Assembly (NCBI GenBank): GCA_049472335.1
Contig: JBLIRO010000109.1
Location: forward strand, 1-13,773
DNA from: a bacterium
Lineage (GTDB): Bacteria; SZUA-182; DTGQ01; JAFGSM01
Reading direction: 5' to 3'
DNA length: 13,773 bases
A program made the position numbers and the translations under genes. Positions 5,099-12,041 of the stretch are shown piece by piece (the first letter of the stretch is position 1; every line of letters begins with the position of its first letter). A model generated the notes under the pieces. That model saw only the letters and a list, made by a program, of their open reading frames with translations. It was not told where the DNA came from and did not search any database.

Positions 5099-7774
5099 TT
5101 GTCAGGAAAACCAACCTTATTTTTAATTGACGGGCATTCGTATATCTACAGGGCCTATTATGCCATTCCCCATCTTTCCAATTCAAACGGGCTGCCGACG
5201 AATGCTGTCCTGGGTTTCACCAACATGCTCCTCAAGGTTATAAGAGAAGACAAACCGGATTATTTCGCTGTGGCCTTCGATGTTAAAGGCCCGACCTTCA
5301 GGGAGGAAGAGTTTAAAGACTATAAGATACATCGTCCTAAAACCCCACCGGACCTCCTGGTTCAGATCCCCTATATCAAAAAGATTGTTCAGTCATTCCG
5401 TATCCCTATCATAGAACTGCCTGGCTTTGAAGCGGATGATGTCTTGGGGACCTTAAGCGAGAGGGGCAAAAAAGATTACTCGGTGTTCATTATTACGGGA
5501 GACAAGGATGCATTTCAACTCATCTCTGATTCCGTTTTTATTATAAGGGAGCATAAGGAACGTGTTCTCTATGACGCGCAAAAGGTCAGGGAGAGATACG
5601 GGGTAGAGCCTTTTCAGATACCCGATCTCATGGGTCTTATGGGGGACAAGATTGACAATATTCCCGGAGTTCCGAGCATAGGGGAAAAGCGGGCCAAAAC
5701 GCTTATACAGGAATTTCATACCCTGGAAAATCTTTTGGAAAATATTGACAAGGTTTCGTCCGCGGCGCTTCAGCGAACATTGGAGGAAAACAAGGAACAA
5801 GCTCTGATCAGCAAGAGGCTGGCTACGATACTTACCGACTGCCCTTTCGAGGTGGACTGGAAGACTCTTAAAATGGGCCATCCTGATAATGCTACCCTGC
5901 TTGAGATATTCAAAGAACTGGAATTCTCTTCTTTAATGAAGCAATTCGCCCCTGCAGGGCAGCTTTCAAAAAAAACATACAAAACCGTCATTGATAAAGC
6001 CGAATTTGATGCCCTGTGTGATCGCTTGGAAAAAATTCCTGAGATATCCATAGATCTGGAAACTACAGATCCCAGACCTATGCGGGCTGAAATAGTGGGT
6101 ATATCACTTTCATTTGAGGACCATCATGCATTTTATATCCCCATCCGCCATTGCTACCTGGAATGTCCAAAACAGATAGATCCGGAATATGTTCTAGGCA
6201 AGCTCAAACCTATTATTGAAAATCCGGAAATAGCAAAGTACGGTCAAAACATAAAGTATGATATGATCTGTCTGTCGCAGGCAGGCATCCACCTCAAGGG
6301 TCTGGCATTTGATACCATGATTGCATCCTATGTTCTCAATCCGACAAAACATAATCATAACCTTACCCAGATCTCTTTGGAATATCTGGCACACAAGCCT
6401 ATCTCCTATGAGGATGTAACAGGAAAAGGCAAGCAGGCAAAACGGTTTGACGAGGTTCCGATTGAACAGGCCGGTGAATATAGTTGTGAGGATTCTGACC
6501 TTGCTTTTCTCCTCACAAAGCGCCTAAAGCCGATGATTGAAGATGAAGGCCTTTCGGATCTTTATTATGGTCTGGAACTGCCTCTTGTTGATGTTTTGGC
6601 TGCAATGGAACAAAACGGTGTCCGGATCGACACAGACCTTCTTGCAGACTTCTCAAAAGAGCTTGACCTTGAATTGGAGCGTCTCTCAGATACGATATTC
6701 AAGCTTGCAGGAGAAACCTTTAACATAGACTCGCCAAAGCAGCTTTCAGGCATTCTTTTTGAAAAACTGGGACTTCCAAGTATAAAAAAGACCAAAACAG
6801 GTCATTCCACCAATGTAGATGTCTTGATGACACTTTCAGGGATGGGACATGAGCTGCCTTCATTTCTATTGGAGTACAGGCAGGTTAAAAAGCTTAAATC
6901 GACCTATGTGGATGCCCTTCCCGGCCTCCTTCATAAGAGAACACACAGGCTTCATACCTCTTTTAATCAAACGGTTACCGCAACCGGCCGGCTGAGCAGC
7001 AGTGATCCGAACCTTCAGAACATACCCATAAGAACCGAAATGGGCCGCAGGGTTCGTCAGGCCTTTATCCCTGAAGAGGGTTCCTTGATCCTTTCGGCTG
7101 ATTATTCACAGATCGAATTGCGCATTCTGGCCCATCTATCCCAGGATCCAATCTTACTAAAGGCCTTTCATGATGAAGAGGATATCCATACGAGAACGGC
7201 CTGCGAAATTTTTGGTTTGACACCCGATCAGGTAAACAGTGAAATGAGAAGAAGGGCAAAAACCGTAAATTTCGGCATCATTTATGGAATGAGCGGATAT
7301 GGGCTTTCACAGGACCTGGGAGTCGATCAATCTATAGCTCAGGAGTATATAAATCAATATTTTGAGCGATATGCCGGAGTAAAGTCATTTATTGACAGGA
7401 CACTGGAGCAGGCCAGGGAAAATGGTTTTGTGTCGACGCTGTTCAATCGGCGACGATTTATAAGGGAGTTGGATTCACCGAACAGAAACACCAGGCAGAT
7501 GGCTGAAAGAATGGCTATAAACTCTCCGGTTCAGGGTTCCGCGGCGGATCTCATCAAGAAGGCTATGATAAGTCTTTATCCCAGGATATTAAAGGAGTTG
7601 CCGGAAACAAAACTTATACTTCAGATCCACGATGAGCTCCTCTTCGAAGTCAAAGAAAAAGAGGTAAAACGGGCATCAGAGGTCATAAAGGAGGAAATGG
7701 AAGGGGCAATAAGACTTTCAGTTCCGGTAAAAGTGGATATTAACACAGGGAGAAGCTGGGATGAAGCACATTGA
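5099..7774 (+). CDS. polA: DNA polymerase I (5'-3' exonuclease, 3'-5' exonuclease and polymerase domains)
   Basis: LIDGHSYIYRAYYA, EADD, GDKIDNIPGV; ExoI DLETT, ExoII QNIKYD, ExoIII YSCED; TGRLSSSDPNLQNIP, ADYSQIELR, RRRAKTVNFGIIYG, QIHDELLFE. TTG start after AGGGAG; ends WDEAH-TGA. Confidence 0.98.
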   Translation: MSGKPTLFLIDGHSYIYRAYYAIPHLSNSNGLPTNAVLGFTNMLLKVIREDKPDYFAVAFDVKGPTFREEEFKDYKIHRPKTPPDLLVQIPYIKKIVQSFRIPIIELPGFEADDVLGTLSERGKKDYSVFIITGDKDAFQLISDSVFIIREHKERVLYDAQKVRERYGVEPFQIPDLMGLMGDKIDNIPGVPSIGEKRAKTLIQEFHTLENLLENIDKVSSAALQRTLEENKEQALISKRLATILTDCPFEVDWKTLKMGHPDNATLLEIFKELEFSSLMKQFAPAGQLSKKTYKTVIDKAEFDALCDRLEKIPEISIDLETTDPRPMRAEIVGISLSFEDHHAFYIPIRHCYLECPKQIDPEYVLGKLKPIIENPEIAKYGQNIKYDMICLSQAGIHLKGLAFDTMIASYVLNPTKHNHNLTQISLEYLAHKPISYEDVTGKGKQAKRFDEVPIEQAGEYSCEDSDLAFLLTKRLKPMIEDEGLSDLYYGLELPLVDVLAAMEQNGVRIDTDLLADFSKELDLELERLSDTIFKLAGETFNIDSPKQLSGILFEKLGLPSIKKTKTGHSTNVDVLMTLSGMGHELPSFLLEYRQVKKLKSTYVDALPGLLHKRTHRLHTSFNQTVTATGRLSSSDPNLQNIPIRTEMGRRVRQAFIPEEGSLILSADYSQIELRILAHLSQDPILLKAFHDEEDIHTRTACEIFGLTPDQVNSEMRRRAKTVNFGIIYGMSGYGLSQDLGVDQSIAQEYINQYFERYAGVKSFIDRTLEQARENGFVSTLFNRRRFIRELDSPNRNTRQMAERMAINSPVQGSAADLIKKAMISLYPRILKELPETKLILQIHDELLFEVKEKEVKRASEVIKEEMEGAIRLSVPVKVDINTGRSWDEAH

Positions 7775-7794
7775 ATGGAATATTTGTAATATTT

Positions 7795-7855
7795 ACCTCG
7801 GAGACACAGAGGCACTGAGATTTGATTTTTCTCTGTGTCTCTGTGCCTCCGTGGT
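7795..7855. repeat. REP-like long imperfect palindrome built from 8-bp CACAGAGR-type units
   Basis: Left arm ACCTCGGAGACACAGAGGCACTGAGA (7795-7820) versus the reverse complement of 7830-7855, ACCACGGAGGCACAGAGACACAGAGA: 22/26 match, 9-nt loop. Confidence 0.85.
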
Positions 7856-7871
7856 TAGCTGATTCACTGCA

Positions 7872-8453
7872 ATGATCCGTCGAATTAAGATTATCGGAGT
7901 AATGGGTTCCGGAACAGAATCCCACAAGGGATTATCAGAGCCGTTAGGCAGATTGATAGCGGAATCCGGCTATCACTTGCTTACAGGAGGCGGATATGGA
8001 GTGATGGCAGAGGTAAGCAAGGCCTTTTGTGCGGCTCGGGAACGTAAAGGATTCTCAATCGGGATAATCCGATCCGGTGACTATCCGGTATTAGATGAAA
8101 ATTCACAGAAAAGAAGACATATCAAATATGCGGTAAATGAGTGGGTAGAGATTCCTGTTTATACTCACCTGCCTCTAAGCGGAGAGCAGGGCACTGATTA
8201 CATGAGCCGTAATCATATCAATGTATTGACCTCTGACATTGTAATTGCCCTTCCTGGAGGCCCGGGCACATATTCTGAGGTAAGATTAAGGGCCCAATAT
8301 CAAAAACCATTGATCCTGTTTTTGGGAGACTCTACTATCAATGGGAAGAAGGCCGAAGATTTAAAGAACGATCCTCTGTTTTCAACGTATATATCAATAG
8401 CCAATTCCATAGAAGATGTCCGTGAGAGGATTAAATCATATTTTAAAAAATAA
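7872..8453 (+). CDS. LOG/SLOG-family Rossmann-fold nucleotide-binding protein (TIGR00725 / molybdenum-cofactor-carrier-like)
   Basis: IGVMGSG, LLTGGGYGVM, SRNHINVLTSD and the PGGxGTxxE motif (PGGPGTYSE). Confidence 0.85.
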   Translation: MIRRIKIIGVMGSGTESHKGLSEPLGRLIAESGYHLLTGGGYGVMAEVSKAFCAARERKGFSIGIIRSGDYPVLDENSQKRRHIKYAVNEWVEIPVYTHLPLSGEQGTDYMSRNHINVLTSDIVIALPGGPGTYSEVRLRAQYQKPLILFLGDSTINGKKAEDLKNDPLFSTYISIANSIEDVRERIKSYFKK

Positions 8454-8519
8454 AAAAGTGCCCAAAGTGAATTCTTTAACTTCAGGCACTTTTCGCTTTA
8501 GGCACTTTAGCGCACTTTT
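8454..8519. repeat. AAAGTGCC / CTTTAGGCACTTT-type palindromic tandem repeat; probable bidirectional terminator between convergent genes
   Basis: AAAAGTGCCCAAAGT (8454-8468) versus ACTTCAGGCACTTTT (8479-8493): 13/15 inverted match, followed by extra right-arm units CTTTAGGCACTTTAGCGCACTTTT. Confidence 0.7.
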
Positions 8520-8539
8520 CTTCTTAAAACTTACCCTGG

Positions 8540-9358
8540 TTATAAAATAATAATGATATTACCCGCCGGTGTTGTAATTACACTTACGCCTGGTGGAGCA
8601 ACTACAGTAGGAGCGGGAGCGACCGGGGTGAGAGGTACCGGTGGAGGCGCAACCACTGTTGGAGCTACGGGAACAGGAGCAGCTACGGTAGGCGGAGGAA
8701 CAACTGCAGTCGGGGCAACAATACCTGGAGCGCTTGCCACTGGAGCATAACCCAGGATCTGAGCAGCGGTTAACAGGGAAGAAAAGGCCGGAGTCGGATA
8801 GATCAAGGAAGCCAGCCATGGGTCCAATCCGGTCAGGTTAAAGGGAAGTGATAAAGTATAAGCAGCCAGGGCGAGATTCGGGTATTCGGACAAATAGGCC
8901 AGATTTGCTATCGGCACGTTTGTCTGAATCCAGGCCGGATCCGTCACCGGCAGGAAACTATACCCCACGGGCGGAGTAATAGGTATCGGTGAGCCGGTTA
9001 AAGTATCCAGAACATAACTGGGGGGCCATGGATTTATCCCGTAAAGAAGGTCATAATACTGCAATCCTACGGGGGAATTATACAGGAAATAAGGATAATC
9101 GAATATTGGATTCCAGGCAATACCTGGTTGAAGAGGAAGTACAGTATTGGAATAAAGACTGCTCACTATGGGATTTTTAAGACCTGTAGCCGGATCAACA
9201 GGGGATAAGGCTGGAGACCATAACGGCCAGAGAAAATTATACGGTGGCAGTGCCAGCCATGTCTGTGCCATCACCAGATTACTACCAGTAAAAAACAGGA
9301 TCAATAATAAAGCGCCCCAAAAAATGATACTTTTGATTGATTTGTGAGATGACATCAT
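8540..9358 (-). CDS. Secreted Pro/aromatic-rich hypothetical protein with PT(V/A)(V/A)AP-type repeats
   Basis: AAGGAG RBS 5 nt before the ATG (the second ATG at 9355 is also possible). Sec-type signal peptide ending VMA|Q (aa 31/32). Low-complexity Pro/Val/Ala/Thr C-terminal quarter. Confidence 0.85.
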   Translation of the reverse strand: MMSSHKSIKSIIFWGALLLILFFTGSNLVMAQTWLALPPYNFLWPLWSPALSPVDPATGLKNPIVSSLYSNTVLPLQPGIAWNPIFDYPYFLYNSPVGLQYYDLLYGINPWPPSYVLDTLTGSPIPITPPVGYSFLPVTDPAWIQTNVPIANLAYLSEYPNLALAAYTLSLPFNLTGLDPWLASLIYPTPAFSSLLTAAQILGYAPVASAPGIVAPTAVVPPPTVAAPVPVAPTVVAPPPVPLTPVAPAPTVVAPPGVSVITTPAGNIIIIL

Positions 9359-9619
9359 AGATACTCCTTCTTTAAAATTCTATGATTATATTTATTTCAT
9401 GATGATATTAGCTGGAAAATGTATTTATTCGCAATAGGGATAAACATTTTAAAATCCTGCTTTGAATAAATGATTGGGTTTGAAATGATCTTTTACTTGA
9501 TTTATTATAATTTAATTATAACATATTTTTTCAATTTTACAACTCATTTTGTTTTAGCACAACAATTATAATTATACCAATTGTGTCTAAGGCCCACGGA
9601 GTGTAGGTTTTTATAAAAA

Positions 9620-10558
9620 ATGTTCGAACCAAATTATCTCAAACTTTATAAAAATGGAGAATTAGAGAGAAGAGGAACCCTCGCTTACAAAATACTTGAA
9701 TCATGCAGTCTCTGCCCAAGGAATTGCAGGGTAAATCGTCTTAAAGAAGAGAAGGGGTTTTGTAAAACAGGATCAAAACCCATTATATCAAGTTACGGAC
9801 CCCATTTTGGGGAGGAATCTCCATTAGTGGGAGAAAATGGTTCAGGCTCCATATTCGTAACCAACTGTAATTTGGGTTGTGTTTTTTGTCAAAACTATGA
9901 TATCAGTCATTTAGGACAGGGACTGGAGATTTCCTCCGAAGATATTTCTGTAATAATGCTGTCTTTGCAGCATAGAGGATGTCATAATATAAATTTTGTA
10001 TCTCCGACCCATATTATGCCTCAAATACTTGCAGCATTACCATTGGCAATAGAAAAGGGGTTGAAGATTCCCCTGGTTTATAACACAGGCGCTTACGACT
10101 CTATTCAAAGCATTAGCCTGCTGGATGGTATATTTGATATATATATGCCGGATTTTAAGTTTTCAGATACTGGATCAAGTAAATCCTACGCAAAAGCCCC
10201 TGATTATTTTGAAAAAGCTTCTGCAGCTATCCTGGAAATGTATCGACAGGTGGGCGACCTAAAGCTCGATTCAAAAAATATCGCTTACCAGGGGCTTTTG
10301 ATTCGCCATCTGGTTATGCCCAACAATCTGGCCGGCACGGAAAAGGTCATGGATTTCATCAGCTCAAAGATATCCAAAAATACATATATCAATATCATGG
10401 ATCAATATCGTCCCTGTGGAGAGGCCAATAGATATCCGGAATTAAATCGAAGAATAACTGATAAGGAATACAAAGATGCTGTTGATATTGCCTGCAAACA
10501 TGGACTAACCCGACTGGATGACCGAAGAAGACTTCCCAGATATTGGCTTGATTTTTAA
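9620..10558 (+). CDS. Radical SAM protein, PflX-like (COG1313-type)
   Basis: N-terminal CSLCPRNCRVNR...C cluster, HFGEE, CxxxCxxC motif (CNLGCVFCQNYDIS), GCHNINFVSPTH, DIYMPDFK, LIRHLVMP, NIMDQYRP. Confidence 0.92.
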   Translation: MFEPNYLKLYKNGELERRGTLAYKILESCSLCPRNCRVNRLKEEKGFCKTGSKPIISSYGPHFGEESPLVGENGSGSIFVTNCNLGCVFCQNYDISHLGQGLEISSEDISVIMLSLQHRGCHNINFVSPTHIMPQILAALPLAIEKGLKIPLVYNTGAYDSIQSISLLDGIFDIYMPDFKFSDTGSSKSYAKAPDYFEKASAAILEMYRQVGDLKLDSKNIAYQGLLIRHLVMPNNLAGTEKVMDFISSKISKNTYINIMDQYRPCGEANRYPELNRRITDKEYKDAVDIACKHGLTRLDDRRRLPRYWLDF

Positions 10559-10630
10559 AAGCCTTTAATTGTGAAACCAAACAGTATCTATCAATCAAAA
10601 GGACAAGGTTAAGGTGCGGTAAAAAAAATA

Positions 10631-10889
10631 GTCAATTATCTTAAATCTGTCTTTTGGAATTATCATAAATTTAAGTATACCCACTATCCAAAAGATCTTA
10701 TATAGAAAAATAAAAAGAAAAAAATTTTTCTCTGGATCTTACCCTGGTTTCTGTAACATGGACGTATTGTTGATATCTTTAAATTTTTCCGTTTGAATGA
10801 TACTGTTTGAAACTTTCCTAAGGTTAAATTGTAAGTAAAACTGAATCAAAGGATTTTATGATTTTTATTTTATTTGTAAAAAATATAAT
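10631..10889 (+). pseudogene. Decayed coding remnant, possibly an antitoxin-like small protein plus a fragment of an AbiEii-type nucleotidyltransferase
   Basis: Frame from 10631: VNYLKSVFWNYHKFKYTHYPKDLI*KNKKKKIFLWILPWFL*HGRIVDIFKFFRLNDTV*NFPKVKL*, with stops at 10703, 10754, 10808 and 10832. Then ESKDF/YDFYFICKKYN (10843-10889, needing one frameshift). The family link is from memory and unverified. Confidence 0.45.
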
Positions 10890-11421
10890 AAATCCACACT
10901 AAAGAGGCCTGCTATGCTAAAGAATTGCTCCCTGAAGTTGTCATTATTGCTCTAAACGTTTTTTACCTGAACAGGGGTGTCAGGATGGTAAAAGACGGCA
11001 ATATAAACAAAAAACCAGATTAACCCGAAAAACAAACTATTGAATAGTTATATAACAAAATAAGCAATAAATTGTTTTGTCTAAGAGTATAAATAGAGAA
11101 TACATTTGATGCATTAACATTTTAATAATCAGATCTTACCTGCATACAAATTTAATTGATTCTGGTAAATATAGCTTTCTTCTTATTAAAACACATAAAC
11201 AAAATTCTGATATTCTTATTTTTAAAATCATTTAGTCAAATTTAATAGAAGAATGTTCTAATATGAAAATAAATAGAATATATATATATTTAAATTATCT
11301 GGTTTAACATTTTTAATTAAATTATATAATATATTTATATTGTTAATTTATACAATATTAGATAATATCTTATTATTAAATTTCTTATTTGTTCCAGGTT
11401 GTTAAAGATATAAAAAATTAA

Positions 11422-11451
11422 TTGACGTCATTGAGTATGATCAATTATAAT
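11422..11451 (+). promoter_or_regulatory. Candidate sigma70 promoter upstream of the adhesin gene
   Basis: TTGACG (11422-11427), 18 bp, TATAAT (11446-11451). The very AT-rich background lowers specificity. Confidence 0.45.
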
Positions 11452-12041
11452 ATTAAAAAGAACTTATAAAATAATATTGGTACAATTGTAAAGATTTTAA
11501 ACATTAAGAACGATAGACTAATTTAATTAAAATTAGCTATTTTCTTATTTTTCGAGTATTAAATATATTTTCACAATTGAATTCATTTTGATTCACATCT
11601 TTGATTTATTCCCTTACACAACAAGTTGTTTTTTTGTCTTTGATATATAATTTAATTAAAGAATATATATACAATTATTTTTTAATTAAATTAATTTGAT
11701 ATGAAATTATATATCTCTTTTACTAATTATCTAAAACAGTTATCTGATATTACTAAATTATTTGCTAGTAGTAATTTAAAAATAACAGTATTTTAATATT
11801 TAAAATCTATTCAGTTTCTTATTGATAACATTTTTATAATTTTAATTAATGGAGGTATCATGGAAAAAAAATATTTATAATGTCGCAGTATCTTGTAAAC
11901 TAAGGCATTAAAATTATTTTTGTTCAGAAGGAGGGAAATAATTCAGGATGATAAAAATATTTATATTAACTAAAAAATTAATTAATTAAAAAGTTAATAA
12001 TTAGCTTTTTAATAGAGAAGTTTTAAAGGAAGGAGATATAT

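Noticed and set aside
929..7925. Short alternative ORFs overlapping the ParA operon, rlmD and polA (e.g. 929-1306, 1810-2019, 2778-3017, 4286-4492, 5453-5881, 5770-6051, 6537-6728, 7740-7925)
   Set aside because: Antisense or off-frame shadows of well-supported genes with no recognisable motifs; 7740-7925 partly translates the palindromic repeat.
7795..8519. Palindromic repeats as a CRISPR array or as ends of a transposon carrying the LOG gene
   Set aside because: No repeat-spacer periodicity, no cas or transposase gene, and the two elements are unrelated in sequence.
8553..9180. ORFs 8553-8750 (+), 8559-8819 (-) and 8989-9180 (+)
   Set aside because: Shadows of the low-complexity Pro-rich gene, which has the RBS and signal peptide.
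11040..12041. AT-rich region as a replication origin
   Set aside because: I found no TTATCCACA-type DnaA box cluster by eye, and there is no dnaA/dnaN/gidA context.
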